From: Hypanus sabinus
Lineage: Eukaryota
Reading direction: 5' to 3'
DNA length: 64,000 nucleotides
Assembly: GCF_030144855.1 (NCBI RefSeq)
Contig: NC_082732.1
Coordinates: forward strand, 11,036,001-11,100,000
In this document: positions 12,130 through 25,415 of the stretch, piece by piece
Position numbering within the stretch: position 1 is the first letter of the stretch
Layout: each line of letters starts with the position of its first letter
The notes under the pieces: model-generated
Seen by the model: the letters and a program-made list of their open reading frames with translations, nothing else
Databases searched by the model: none
What the model was told of the DNA's origin: nothing
Position numbers and translations under genes: made by a program

Positions 12130-13520
12130 ATGGTGCTGGTGTTCTGTGGGCAGCTGACAGAACTATTAGATATATGCATTCTGAACTGTTATTGCTGCAT
12201 GATCTGCAGCCATCATTTCTCTTTAAGGAGTGCTCTTTTGAAACATTGATGTAAATGCATCAGCTATTTTATGATCGTCTGAAGGACTTGGCGAACTTGA
12301 CTCTCAGGAATGCAAGTATGGCACCTTAAGATGACCAGAAATGGTCCATCACTACAGGAAGACGTAGCTGACTTCAACTGTGGTTGAGTCAACAAAGAAC
12401 TTGACTACTCCATCAGGAGCCTGATACCTGAAGAGAAAGAATAGTCCCTGAACCTTGTGGTGTGGGATCTAGGATTTCTGTACCTCTTTCCCAATAACAC
12501 CAGCAGCAAGAGACCATGGCCTGGAGTGGGGATCTTTGATGATGGATGCTGCTTTCTTAAGGCAGTGCTCTTTGTAGATGTGCTAATTGTGGATGATTAT
12601 TGGCTAATATGCTGTCAATGGAGAGCAAGATAGAAGATCTGAGGACAGGATTGCTGTATTGGAGGGAAATAAGGGACTATTGCATTATCTGTTTCACTGT
12701 GACATGGCTCTTCTCCAACACAATGGAAATCCATCCAAACATTTCTCAGTCCACTAGATGCATCAGGAAAGGGAAGAGGCAGCAGTAACTGCTTCATTGT
12801 TGTGCCCATAAGTAGTGATCTTGTCACACTCTTGACCTCTCGACTTGGAGCATTTAATGATTAAGTGCTGGCTGTTTTACCTGCTGTGATCCTGGCTGCA
12901 GTGGACATATCGTCACAGGCAGATGTCAAGCAAGCACTTGATACGTTGATTGCCATGAGTGACAAGCAGGAAGTAGCCTACCCTAATGCCTTTCACATCC
13001 ATGTCAGAGTTTTCCATCAGGCTATCTTGAAGAAATCTCTGTCCAACTCCCATTAGCACATATGTAGCAGCCCTCGAGGACCCAACACAGTCGACCACTG
13101 CTATATTATTAAAAAGACTGCTGACTGTTCCATCCCTAGACCACATTTCAGGAAATCTGATCATCTGGCTGTCCTTTTTCCCATCTGAATATGGGCAGCG
13201 AGCTAAGGACAACAAAGAGGTGGTCACAGTAGCAAGGGAACAGCTAAGGGGCAGACAGGGCCATGTTCAAGAATCCTTCAGAGGATCTGAATATGCTCCT
13301 GTTGTTAAAGACTTTTTATAAAACCACTCGTGGATGGGTGTGCCCCACTAAATCATTCAACCTTCCCCAACCAGAAGCCCAGGTTATTCAAAAGAGATTC
13401 ACGATCTGCTGATGGCATTCAGGACGAGTGATCCAGGAAAATACAAGATGTCTGGGTATGACGTCAGGAAAGTCATCTCACATGTAAAGTCAGAATTCCA
13501 GGCCAAACTGGAATCACAAG
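12130..13520 (+). mobile_element. Rex1/Babar LINE 5' part (UTR and endonuclease), head-to-head with the preceding fragment
   Basis: LANMLSMESKIEDLRTGLLYWREIRDYCIICFTVTWL, later GKSDHLAV. Confidence 0.65.
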
Positions 13521-14249
13521 AATGTGTGGGAAATGGAGGGATGTGGACATTGTGTAAGAAGAAGGATCTAAATTTGTTTGGCATTTAATTAATAGTCTAA
13601 TTAATCATTTAGTTAGTCTAACTAATTAGCTTTGTGGGCCAAAGTACCTGTATTGTGCTGTAGGTTTTCCATGTTTCTAATTAGTTTGGCATAATATTGA
13701 GGGCTGAAGAGCCTGTTCATGTGCTGTACTTTCTATGTTTTATGCTATCAGCCAGTTTTAATAAAGGAACTAGATTATTTTCATATTATAAATAGACAGA
13801 TGGTATTTTTCTGAACATGCTCCTGTAATTAATGTGCTTATGCCTACTGTTAAATTGATTTTGTTTTCATTAGTAAATTTGCACCTCATGCCTCAGAATC
13901 ATTTTGTACCATGATAATCTTCATGTTAATTCCTGCCTTATTAATGTTCAGTTTCCCATATGGAAAGGGTGTGAAAATTAATACTGTTCTTGGAATATTA
14001 TAATCTGCCGAAGCAAATTCAACTGTCTATGTAAAGAAAAGGCTCTTAAATGGCCCTTTTAGAAGTGCTGGACACAGCCAATTAAATCCTGTTTAAAGTG
14101 CAGATGCTGTTCTAATATAAGAAACATGCCAGACAGCTTGCATGAACAAAGCAAAGAACAAGTTTCAGCAGGAAAAGATAACATAGTTGAAAACCAAGTT
14201 CACACCTGGATCTTTTCTCTTTCACATTCAAAATTATAACTAGTGACAT

Positions 14250-14745
14250 TGTGATGTGCTCGCATTGCAGACCATTGAGAGCTTTAAAGCAGGCAAGAGA
14301 ATTTTAAAATCAATTCTCGAAGATTCAAAAAGTCAATGCAGCGTAGCTAGAATGAAAACGATATGTTCCCTCTTCCTGATTTTAGTAAAAAGGCAAGCAT
14401 TCTGAATGAGTTGAAGTTGGTCAATAAATTGCTTTGAAAGCCAGAAAAAAAATTGCATTACAGTAATCTAGTCTATTTAATATAAAGGTCTGAATTAATT
14501 TTTCAGCATCATTATGTGACAGAAATGGACGTACCTTTGTACTATTTCTTAAGTGTAGAAATGCTGCTTTGGTCACTTTTCTTTATGTGAGATTTAAAGT
14601 TCAAATCTAAATCAAGGATAACACCCAGGCCTGTTGCTTTCAATTTTACAAGGGAAGCCAAGTTAACAAGATGATCAACAAGTTTATCTCTTTTGGGACC
14701 AGCTAGAAATATTTCAGTTTTATTTCCATTTAGTTTGAATCTGGT
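14250..14745 (-). mobile_element. L2 LINE ORF2 C-terminal fragment
   Basis: Manual translation with frameshifts: FKLNGNKTEIFLAGPK...GLGVILDLDLNFKSHIK/KVTKAAFLHLRNSTKVRPFLSHNDAEKLIQTFILNRLDYCNA...QLQLIQN. These are characteristic L2 motifs. Confidence 0.85.
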
Positions 14746-15012
14746 TTAAGTTTGTCCATCTGTATTCAAATCATTGTGAGGCAGAGGGTGCAGCTAGATG
14801 AAGATAATTTCTTACTGGCACTTTGAATGTTCGAACGTTTTAAATTATTTTTAATGTAAAAGTGGTTAATATTTTTAATCAATCGTATTTCCAAAGCAGT
14901 TGTGTCTTTGAAGTGAAGGCTTTTGGCAGCTGTCCCACTAATGTTTGGCTACCAGCAGGGGTCAGTAGGCTGCAGACTGGCCGGTATCTGCATTGAGTCT
15001 CACAGTTTAGAC

Positions 15013-16063
15013 CAGGGGTGGGCAAACTTTTTGATTTGTGGGCCACAAAGGGTTCTAAAATTTGACAGGGGGGCCGGACCAGGAGCGGATGGATGGAGTG
15101 TTTTGGTAAGACACCTCATAAGAGAAAATAAAATATCATGGGATATGTAGAAAACATGTGCTTTAATTTCAATTGAAAATGAACAAATGCATTACAACAA
15201 AATATCTGTCTTTGAAGTCCCATGGTATTTAGCTATTTATTGAAATGACTTTTAAAACACTGAAAATTAAATGAATAAAATACAACTTTTTTTAATAATA
15301 ACAGTTATTATTTTAAAGCACTGAAAATTCTGTTATCCTTCAAGATATTATCATCATCACTCTCCTCCTGACTGTCTTTATTTCAAAAACGGTAGGAGAT
15401 GCAGGTCTACTTGTCCTGCTCCTTCTTATTCAATTGTCCCCTGTGCCAAAACTCAACAACGACCAACACAAGGAGAGAACAGTGACAGCGCGCCAGTATG
15501 CGGAGCACGTTATTTGATCTGGAGCGCATTTTTTATTTTGAGAACGTACGTGCACCTGCGCACTACTCATGTCCATCACTTAACAGAAATGACATGTAAC
15601 ATGTAAGGCTTATTGAAAAAAATATTTTCAAATGCATTTTTTACATAACACAATGAAGAAACTTATTTTTAATTTCAGTGGGAACAGTGTTGTTGGTCTC
15701 CCTTTTTAGCCAGCGCATCAAAGTCTGGATTTAGTTTTGTTGTGGCGATTCTCAGGATGGATCTGAGGTGTTGGTCAGTTAACTTGGATCTGTGGCTGGC
15801 TTTGTTGATGTTCATGACGCTGAACGCCTGTTCACACAAATAGGTCGAGCCAAACAAAGAGTAAAGCGCAAATGTGGAGTAATACGCTGCACCTCAATAA
15901 AGGTCAATGTATATAGAGTGCATCATCTATTGGGAAAATGCCAGAACTGCGGGGAAAAAACGTTAACAAGGTTTATTCATATAATTTCATCAAGTTCTGC
16001 GGGCCGGATTAAAAAGCTTAACGGGCCGCATATGGCCCCCGGGCCGTAGTTTGTCCATGCCTG
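15013..16063 (-). mobile_element. Internally deleted hAT (Charlie-group) DNA transposon, 1051 bp
   Basis: Perfect 8-bp TSD gtttagac (15005-15012, 16064-16071). TIRs caggggtgggcaaact / agtttgtccatgcctg. GGCCC-rich subterminal repeats. Confidence 0.93.
15675..15857 (-). pseudogene. hAT transposase C-terminal dimerisation-domain remnant
   Basis: FGSTYLCEQAFSVMNINKASHRSKLTDQHLRSILRIATTKLNPDFDALAKKGDQQHCSH*, which fits the hATC motif (FGSTYxCEQxFS...RSxLTD). Confidence 0.9.
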
Positions 16064-16894
16064 GTTTAGACCTACTAAAGCAAACCCAATCACTGATCCT
16101 GGCATTGAGCCTGAGTCAGCTGCAGTCTAAGGATCTTAGATTCACTCCAGAAAGGGAATTGGATGACAGAGAAATCAAGCTAAAAATGAAACAGCTGAGA
16201 GTAACTGAAATGTGGGAAGTGATTCTTAAACAGTGCTCTCCTGAAACTAATACAGAAAGTAGTAGTTCCTAGTTTAAGGATTAATGCTACCTCTTACCAG
16301 TCAGCTAGTCAATAAATACAAGTAACCATGAGCTACAACAATGTTACAGTGATCCATATGATGTGCAAGACTATTTGCCTCCCTCTGAACAATATAAAGA
16401 TCCAACACTTAAACAAGGAGGACAAACAAGTGAAGCTAACTATAATGTGACTATCTGTGATACAACAGACTCGCTGGTTAGAAGAATATATAACAACCAA
16501 CACGATAGCAGAGGAGATGGGTAGAGGAGGAAAGAGCCTTGTTTATTGATGAAATATCATTCCTACATATAGCAACAAGATGAAAAGATACATTTATTGG
16601 GAATTCTGAATCTTTATTTTCTTTGCAAAGCATGTAAAACATTCTAGATATGCTTGCAATGTGCAATTGAAATCAAGTTCTCAAATTTGTTTGTTATAAA
16701 ATAACCTTTGCTTTTTTATAGGTGCAATTATTTTGCCACAGGAAATAGACTTACATTATCTTATTACCTGCCAGCAATGTCTCCATTACAGGAGATAGTG
16801 AAGAGACCATCTTTCATTACCTAAGACTGGAAATCATCACTTCCAGAAGCAAACTAGAAATGAAAAACATGAATCCTCAGGTCATCAAAGGCAC

Positions 16895-17535
16895 TCATAG
16901 CAAAAGGATTTCAGTACAGGAGCAGGGAGGTTCTACTGCAGTTGTACAAGGCCTTGGTGAGACGCCACCTAGAATATTGTGTGCAGTTTTGTTCCCCTAA
17001 TCTGAGGAAAGACATTCTTGCCATAGAGGGAGTACAGAGAAGGTTCACCAGATTGATTCCTGGGATGGCAGGACTTTCATATGAAGAAAGACTGGATCGA
17101 CTAGGCTTATACTCACTGGAATTTAGAAGATTGAGTGGAGGATCTTATTGAAACGTATAAAATTCTAAAGGGATTGGACAGGCTAGATGCAGGAAGATTG
17201 TTTCCGATGTTGGGGAAGTCCAGAACGAGGGGTCACAGTTTAAGGATAAAGGGGAAACCTTTTAGGACCGAGATGAGGAAAAACTTCTTCACACAGAGAG
17301 TGGTGAATCTGTGGAATTCTCTGCCACAGGAAACAGTTGAGGCTGGTTCATTGGCTATATTTAAGAGGAAGTTAGATATGGCCCTTGTGGCTAAAGGGAT
17401 CAGGGAGTATGGAGAGAAAGCAGGTACAGGGTTCTGAGTTGGATGATCAGCCATGATCATACTGAATGGTGGTGCAGGCTCAAAGGGCCGAATGGCCTAC
17501 TCCTGCACCTATTTTCTAAGTTTCTATGTTTCTAT
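16895..17535 (+). mobile_element. Young 5'-truncated CR1-type LINE
   Basis: YKALVRRHLEYCVQFCSPNLRKDILAIEGVQRRFTRLIPG...RTRGHSLRI...FFTQRVVNLWNSLP, with a (tttctatg)n tail. Nearly identical to 48590-49068. Confidence 0.92.
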
Positions 17536-17624
17536 CACCACATGTTTCACAGCAGTGAAATATTTACTGACAGGCACAAGACTTTTGTGGATGCTGGAAA
17601 TCTTGAGTGACACAGAAAAATTGC

Positions 17625-18230
17625 TGGAGGAATTCAAATTGGGGGATCACTTCGTTGAATACTTATGCTCCATCCACAACCAAAAGCAACCTGTTTTCAA
17701 TTAATATCCACATTCCCAAACCAACATGTCTTCCATGGCTTCCTCCTCTGCTACAAAGAGGCAAAGTGCAGGTTGGAAGAGCAGCACTTCATTTTCTTTC
17801 TGGGTAATTATGTAGTCTCCATCCTGATAGTCTAAATATCAATTTTTCTAACTTCCATTGTCCACTCCCCTCTTTCTCACCCTCCATTTTTGTTTCTTCT
17901 CCCATTCTAGTGGTCCTCTCACCCCTTCTCTTCTTCTCTTCCTCCCTTTGGTTTCCCACCTCCTTCATACTGCTCTGCTGTCAAGTTCCTGTTTCCTCAA
18001 CCTTTTCCATCTATCACCCACCAGTTCCTCACATCATTTACCCTTCTCCCTCTCCTGGACTCACCTATCACCTGCTCGATCGTATTCCTTTCCCTTTCAC
18101 CAACCATTTATTCTGGCTTCTTTCCAGTCCTGATGAAGGATCTCGACCCAAAACTTCGACTGCTTTTTCCAATCCATAGATGCTGCCTGATCTGCTTTGC
18201 TTCACTGACGTTTTGAGTGCATTGTTGCAA
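17625..18230 (+). mobile_element. Decayed Penelope-like 3' fragment
   Basis: Alignable to 2100-2705, with the same pyrimidine-rich region and gtcctgatgaagg...agatgctgcctga tail. Confidence 0.6.
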
Positions 18231-18639
18231 TATTTACCCAAAGGTTGTAAAGAGAAGGGCAAATTTGTACACAGCAAGATTGAGTAAACACCAGTAAAAT
18301 AAATCCACATAACTCTGTGGAAACAAAACCAAGGGATCCAGAGCAACATACAAATTCCTGAAGGAATTCAACGGCTCAGGCAGTATTAAGCTGGGCAAAA
18401 TGTCGACTGCCCATTTAACTCCAGAGATGCCATCTGACTCACTGAGTTCCTCCAGCACTTTGTATCCAAAATATCTGATAAATGTTGGGAAGAACAATGC
18501 CCTACATTACTTGCTCTACAATCTTCTAATATCACTTGAAAGCTTCGGGCTTGCATGCTTATAAGTCATTTGCTTGGTAAGCCTTATTGATACTCCAGAA
18601 CATTGGAGTATGATGAACACAGGGAGATACAGGTTGAGA

Positions 18640-18960
18640 ACTGCTGTCTCACTGCTCCAGAAACTTGGGTTCAGACCTGACCTCTGGTGCTATCTGTGCG
18701 GAGTTTGTATGTCCTTTCTATGACTGCAGGGGTATCATCTGGGTACTCCGATTTCCTCCCACATCCCAAACGTGTGGATTTGTAGTTTAATGGGCCACAC
18801 TGAATTCTCCTGAATTTGTGGATGAGTGTTGGAATCTGGGAGGAGTTCATGGCAATGCGGGGATATTAACTAGGATCAGAGTAGGATTAATGTAAGTCAG
18901 TGGGTAGTAGCTGGAGCAGACATGTTCAGTTAAGGATTTGTTCCTGTACTATTTAATTAT
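18640..18960 (+). mobile_element. V-SINE (HE1-like); further decayed copies near 22330, 26000 (-), 28750, 40210 (-), 41590 and 47530
   Basis: B-box-like ggttcagacc and V-domain core ggagtttgtatgtcc...gggtactccgatttcctcccacatcccaaa. Confidence 0.65.
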
Positions 18961-19389
18961 ATAACGCTCCAACTTTGACCTCTGTCCATAACCTCCTGCA
19001 TGTTCCAGTGCAGCTAAATTTGAAGAAAAGCACCTCAACTTCTACATGGACATGTTGCAATCTTCCAGATGCATTATTCCATTCAATAATTTTAGGTAAT
19101 GCATTTTTTTGGGTTTGTATCAGACCTGGCCACCTTTTCTGTAGGGTTATCCATCTGTAAACTGTTCTTTCCCACCAACACTGAATGATCTGCTAGGCAT
19201 TCCCTACATTCTCCTTTTGGTTTCAGGTTTCAACAACAGCTCTAACTTGCATTTCATGGTCTTTCCATCTCATTGTATTTGCTTTCTCGCTTTGGAATTG
19301 TCCTTATTATGCCATTAGTGGAAAAGATTACCTCACCATGTCAGAGATATTCTCTTTATTCTACCTGTACTTCACCCACCATCCCTGTC

Positions 19390-19865
19390 TACTATGTGGG
19401 GGCCACTGCACGGGATTGAAATAAGCTGCAGAAAGTTGTAAACTCAGTCAGTTCCATCACGGGCACTAGCCTGCCTAGCATCTGGGACATCTTCAAGCAG
19501 CAATGCCTCAGAAAGTCAGCGTCCATCATACAGCACCCACAAATCCCAGGACATGCCCTCTTCAAATTGCTACCATCAGGGATGAGGTACAGGAGGCTGA
19601 AGGCACACACTCAGTGATTCTGGGACAGTTTCTTTCCTTCTGCCACCCTATTTCTGAATGGACATTGAACCCGTGAACACTACCACTACTTTTTTTCCCC
19701 TCTTTTTGCAGTACTTAGTTAATTTAGCTTAAAAATATATACATTTCTTACCATAACTTACAGTTTTCATTTCACTGTAGCAGCAGTGTACTGCTGCCAC
19801 GTAACAGCAAATCTCACAGCATATTCACAGCATTTGTGATATTAAGCCTGATTCTGATTCTCTTT
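19390..19865 (+). mobile_element. Rex1/Babar LINE 3' end
   Basis: HPQIPGHALFKLLPSGMRYRRLKAH-type C-terminus, with a (ctgatt)n tail. Confidence 0.7.
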
Positions 19866-21298
19866 CTGATTTCCAGAGTTCACCAGTAGTTTGCACTTGT
19901 CGCTGTATTTACTGTAGTGTTTACTGTTGCCATCTGTGAGCTTCATGCAAGGAAAGAAATTCAATACACTCTAGAGTGCCTGCATCTGACAGTAATCTGA
20001 ATCTGAATGCTGACTTGTTTTTCTCTTTCCCATCCTGAAAAAACATCCTTGATCTGAAATACTGACTTTGTTTCCATTTCCACAGACGCTGACTAACTTG
20101 TTGAATGTTTTCAGAATTTTCTCTTTCTTTTATTTTGATTATTCGAGTGTGCTGATGAGCGACAAAGCATTAAGTTCTATATGCTGCAATCGGTTTCTAG
20201 GGAGTTTTATTTTAATTGTGCGTTGAGAAAGATCATTTAAGATAGAGAGATGAAGGTAAGCTTGGCTGTCAGTACATGGTGGGGCGGGGGTGTGTGTTAC
20301 CTGATGGAGATATACAAAATTATGAAAGGCATAAGTAGATAGCGTTAATAGGGAGAAACGTCTTCCCATGAAGAGATGGCTAATATGAGAGAGTGTAAAT
20401 TCAAAGGAAGGAGTAAGATCTTTAGAGGGGATCTAATGAGGAATCTTTCCACCCAGATGATGGCTTGCATTCTGGAATGCACTGACTGGAAAGGTGGCAG
20501 GATTGGAACATCTACAATTTTTAAGAAGCATCTGATGAACTTGAGACAGTTCCTGAGAAAAGATGTACCAGAATGCTTCCAAGGATGAGAGATTTAAATC
20601 ATAAATTTAGATACAACAAGCTGGCATTGTTCCTACTGACCAAGAAAACTGCAGAGCTTCTACTCTGGTTTCTTGTAACCTGGGGTGATTGTGGACAATG
20701 AAGCAGCCGGTAACCCTTCCACACATGAGTGGAGGGGATGGAAAGAGCCTCAAAATTCTTACCAGCAATAAACCCCCTCCACTCCCTCTGTCTATTACCT
20801 CAGTCACTGCACTACACTCACTTCTCACTGCCTGTGATACAGCTGGCATTTAGGGCAGCATTGAACGTCCTCCATCTCTGGCGGTGTTCAGCAGCTTCCT
20901 CTTGGTTTTCACTACTGTCAGTCACGCGAGTCCCAGTCGGACACTCAGGGATACTGTCGCTCTCACATTTAGAAGGCTGCTTCTTTGCTATTTCCACGAC
21001 AATTTGGTTTTACCAGTCAGACTTGTTAAGCCTGAGCTGAACCCCCGAACCTGGAGGGTCAGATAACCGCTCTTAGTCTGGCCTCTACCCTTTGAACTGC
21101 TTGGCATGGGTCACCCAACCAAGAGCTAAAGCATAAAGCCCTGACTCCACCCAACACAGCTCTCCATGTCATTAAGGCACACAAGCCCCAAACCCAACGG
21201 CAAGGTTCTGGTCCTCTTGGAGGTTTTTCCAATGTTACTCAATTATTAATCGCAACCTTCTTTTGCTACCCGGGTTATTACTGTTTCTACATCTAGAT

Positions 21299-21364
21299 CA
21301 GAGGTCCACAGACCCATCGGCTAATGGTAGGGCTCCATGGCTTAATAAAGATTTGGAACCCCTG
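21299..21364. mobile_element. Tiny hAT-type MITE (66 bp)
   Basis: cagagg...aacccctg termini, imperfect 8-bp TSD atctagat/atccagag. Confidence 0.5.
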
Positions 21365-21559
21365 ATCCAGAGGTATCAGCAGAGGTGAGTCAGTAGAGAA
21401 ACAGAGAAGAATCATGTCATTGAATCTGCAGAGATACCGATGCATAAAAAAGTGTGACAATTGTTGGTCACATCCATTCTTCTCTTTGTAACATCCACCA
21501 CTTCCACATCTTCAGGGGGAATTTACACTCCTCTAAATCCAACGACCGGTCTTTGAATA

Positions 21560-22165
21560 TGTAATGCCCTGGTTCATCTTTTTTTACTGTTATGTTGTTC
21601 TGTATTTGAATTTTGTTCTGTTCTCTGTAAGCTGCTTGTTTGGGTTACTGTTGAAGATAAGAGATAGGAGAACCGTGTGCCATCCGATTAGGAGGGTCGG
21701 ATTAAGGGGAGGTTTCTCTGGTGAGGGACACTAAGGTTGGGCTTGCGGCTTTTGTTAAAGGAGATGAAGAGAGAAAATGCCGAAGGGAAGAGGTCGTAGG
21801 ATTCAACCCAAAGCGGGGCCGTGATTCAACGAAGCCCGGGGTGAGATCGAAAGAGGACCGGCAAAGGGGAAACAGTGAGCTCGAACTTGTTCACATTATA
21901 CTGTTTCATTCAAATGGGCCTTCTTCTTTTTTTGTTCCTTCTTTACTAACCCTTTAATCAAACTAAGAAGTATAAAGCTAAAACTTTTAATTGTATGGGG
22001 TGTACTGTCTGTTATTTCATGGCACTTATTTGTAACAGGGTAATGGAACACGCAGCATCCACACAAATGGGGGTTTTGGGGTGGGCTTGCACCTCAATCT
22101 CACTCATTTGGTAGGACTGGAGATTATCTTCCCTAGACTGCAGCCGACGGAACCAGAGTGTTTCA
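21560..22165 (+). mobile_element. Solo LTR (606 bp), Gypsy-type, 4-bp TSD
   Basis: TGTAA...TTTCA termini, TSD aata at 21556-21559 and 22166-22169. Related to LTR 609-1274. Confidence 0.85.
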
Positions 22166-23336
22166 AATATAATCACCTATCCCTATAGTTCCTGCCTTCA
22201 GTTGACATGGTTCTAACCTTTGGAATTTCCCTTTTTAACGATTCTGATTTTGGGCTCTTTTAAGCACCCCCCCCCCACCCCCGCACCCCGCACACACAAG
22301 AAAACTCTGAAGCGGACGGTCTGTGAGTGGCAAGGTGGAGCTGCACTTTGTGACGCTGCCACACAGTTCTAGGGGTTCAGTTCTGACCTGGGAGCAGCCT
22401 GTGTGATTGTACGTGTTTTCTACAACATACCCTCATAAGGGTCAACAAGAAGCAGGAGAAGGTTGAGAGACATGTGTGGGGGAATAAGATGCAGAGCGAC
22501 AAGAAAATCATAAGAGGTGGAATGGAGATAATGTGATTGCTTCTTTGGACTTGATGGTATGAATAATCATTGTATGTGCCATCATAATTATAAAATCAAG
22601 CTTTAGAACAATTGCCCCACTATCTCTATATGGGGTTTGGGCCCAAATATTTATTTATTCATTTACTTATTGAGATACAGTGGCCCTTTGAGCCACACCA
22701 CCCAGCAATGCCCCCTATCTTAATGCTAATCTAATCAGGGGACAATTATACAATCATCAATTAACCTACCAACCCAGTTCTTCAAGGTGTACTCACACAC
22801 CTTAAAGGCAGCGATGGGAATCGAACCTGCGTGATCCATACTGTAAAGAGATGTGCTAATATTACTATTACTATCTGCAAGCCCGGGGTATTTTTCTGTG
22901 TTAAGGTGCTTAATTGAATATACATTGTTATTGTCTCTGAAAGTCCACAGTTGGGTGGTGATAGTGTTGACCACTCTGTAGTGCTTTTAGCAGCTCAGTC
23001 ACAGCCATGATCTTAGTACATAATAAAACGGGAGCACCTGGACTTTCAGCCTGTGAAACTAGTGCCAAACTCAACGCAGCTCAACAGAAAGCGTTGAGAA
23101 AGGAAGAGGCGAGAAGACAATCAGCCGTGATTTGTAATTAGTCATTCTGGGTTACTCCAGCAGAATGTGAAATCAGTTAAATGTAGACTGAATATGTCCC
23201 CAACAGTAGATTCTGAGGAATGTGAAAGTCTGATTTGTCATTCTACAAGGAAAGAACTGAAATTTCTGCAACTGGTGATGCATTTCAATGGGAGATAAAG
23301 GAATAGCTGATGGTGTGCTGTGCCACCTATCCTGTA

Positions 23337-24112
23337 GGCAGCGCGGCACACAGCAGCAGCGGCCTTTCGGATCTGGTGTTACTTTAGTTTTTTAAATTAA
23401 TTTTAAGGCACAATTAGGGTTTAGGGCAATGGATAACAGAGTGGCTATCTACCATCGCCAGATACTGCTACAATACAGAGATCGCCCAAAAACAAACCTT
23501 CATGAAAATCTGCTGGTCAGATTGCGCGACTTCGGCCTGCTGACTGAATCAGGCCTGCAGTCCTCAGAGTCGCTTGATGCCGGTGGCTGGAGGTGGGTAC
23601 ATCGTAAGCAGTGTGTGAGGAAGTGGAAATGACGCGAGCGGGCAAGAGTCCGTGCCAGGAAAAATGCAAGACCGAGTCAGCCGGCTCTCCCATCCATTCT
23701 GCTCTCCAGTGGTCGTTAAATTGGACTACATCTGTGGTAATGAAATACTCGGCGGGAGTACAGAAATGGATGGAATCCTGCATGCCGCTATTCAGCTGTT
23801 TATTTATGTAACAGATTTTCCCCCAAGCCATCGGACTACCAACATACTGCCCTTTGCTGTGCCTATTGTCTTGTTTATTATTTATTGCAATGCCTGCACT
23901 GTTCTGTGTACTTCATGCAGTCTTGGGTAGGTCTGTAGTCTAGTTTTTGTGTTGATGAAGTTTTGTGTTGTTTTGTTGTAGTTTTATTGATGTAGTTTTG
24001 TATTGTTTATGTAGCACCATGGTCCTGAAAAACGTCTCGTTTTTAATGTGTACTGTACCAGCAGTTATGGTCGAAATGACAATAAGAAGTGACCTGACAT
24101 GACTTGACTTGA
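23337..24112 (+). mobile_element. Internally deleted Rex1-like retroposon (5' UTR/ORF start joined to 3' end)
   Basis: GC-rich 5' end, short ORF YHRQILLQYR...RWVHRKQC, and a 3' gacaataa...(acttg)n tail. Confidence 0.55.
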
Positions 24113-24564
24113 GTAAGATGGAATAGGGTCATTTCTGTGAAGTATAGTGCAAAATCCAAACCATTAAGAAAGACAGTTTTCCTAATACAGTACTGACCTC
24201 TGCCACCCCTAAAAACTTTATTGGAAATTTCCAATCAGTCTGAAAAATCCTGTACTTGCACTCCCTGTTTCTTGTTATGTAGTCTACTCTAGAAACAGCC
24301 CTTTCATTGTGTACTTTCACTCTTGATCAGAAACCTATTAAATAGCACCTTATTGTAAGTCCTTAGAGCCCATATCATCTGCATTTCCTTGTCTATTACC
24401 TCATCAGAAAAAGTATTGTCAGTTAGGCAACATTTGCCATTATCAAATCCATGCTGACTTCCTCAGATTACACTGGTACTAAGTCCCTGATTATTGCCTT
24501 AGAAAATCTGTCATGACTGAAGTTAAACCAAAGCTGACCTGACCGGTCAGTGACTCGCCTTGTT

Positions 24565-25415
24565 CTCACTGTTACCATCAGGAAGGAGATAGAAGCCCGA
24601 CGGCACACACTCAGTGATTCAGGGACTGGTTCTTCACCTCTGCCATCTGATTTCTGAGTGGACATTGAAACTAAGAACACTATCTCACTACTTCTTTAAT
24701 TTCTGTTTTTGCACTACGTATTTTACTGTTTAATATATGTACTTCCCGTAATTCATGAGTTTTTTCAATTATTATATATTGCAGCATAAATGGGACTGCA
24801 GTTGAGAGGGTGAGTTCCTTGGTATACATATCACTGAAGATCTGACCTGGACTATACACAATGGCTGTATGGCAAAAAAATAGCACAGTGGTGTCTCTAC
24901 CAACTCAGGCGACTAAAGAGGTTCAGCATGAGCCCCTAAATCCTCAAGGCCTTCTACAGGGTCATCCAGACTGGCTGTATCACCACCTAGTATGGGAACC
25001 GCACCAACCTTGATCGCTAGGCACTGCAGAGAGTGGTATGGACAGCCCAGCACATCTGTGGATGAGAACTTCCCTCCAATGAGGACTTTTGTAGCAGCAG
25101 GTGTGTAAAGAAGGCCTGGAAGATCATAGCGGACACCAACCATAATCTGTTTCAGCTGCTTCCATCTGGCAAACAGTACCGCAGCATTAAAGCCAGGACC
25201 AACAGGCAATGGGACGGCTTCTTTCTACAAGCCATTAGATGTAAATTCAAATGTCTGTAAACTGCGATGGAGCCATAACGCAAAGATTTTTACACCTTGC
25301 GTTGTGGGACTGATGTAAGATTTAAATAAATTCAATTCAAATTCAATGCATTGTACTGCTGCCACAAAGACAACAGATTTCATGACATATGTCAATGATA
25401 TTAAACCTGATTCTG
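24565..25415 (+). mobile_element. Nested Rex1/Babar 3' fragments
   Basis: Inner copy (~24786-25347) with HNLFQLLPSGKQYRSIKART and an (aattc)n tail, inside an older 3' end with a (ctgatt) tail. Confidence 0.6.

Noticed and set aside
16309-16524. Open frame with YSDPYD, reminiscent of SH2-adaptor phosphotyrosine motifs
   Set aside because: No further similarity or good splice sites. Neighbouring sequence looks like a decayed LINE endonuclease (GRGG-type motif).
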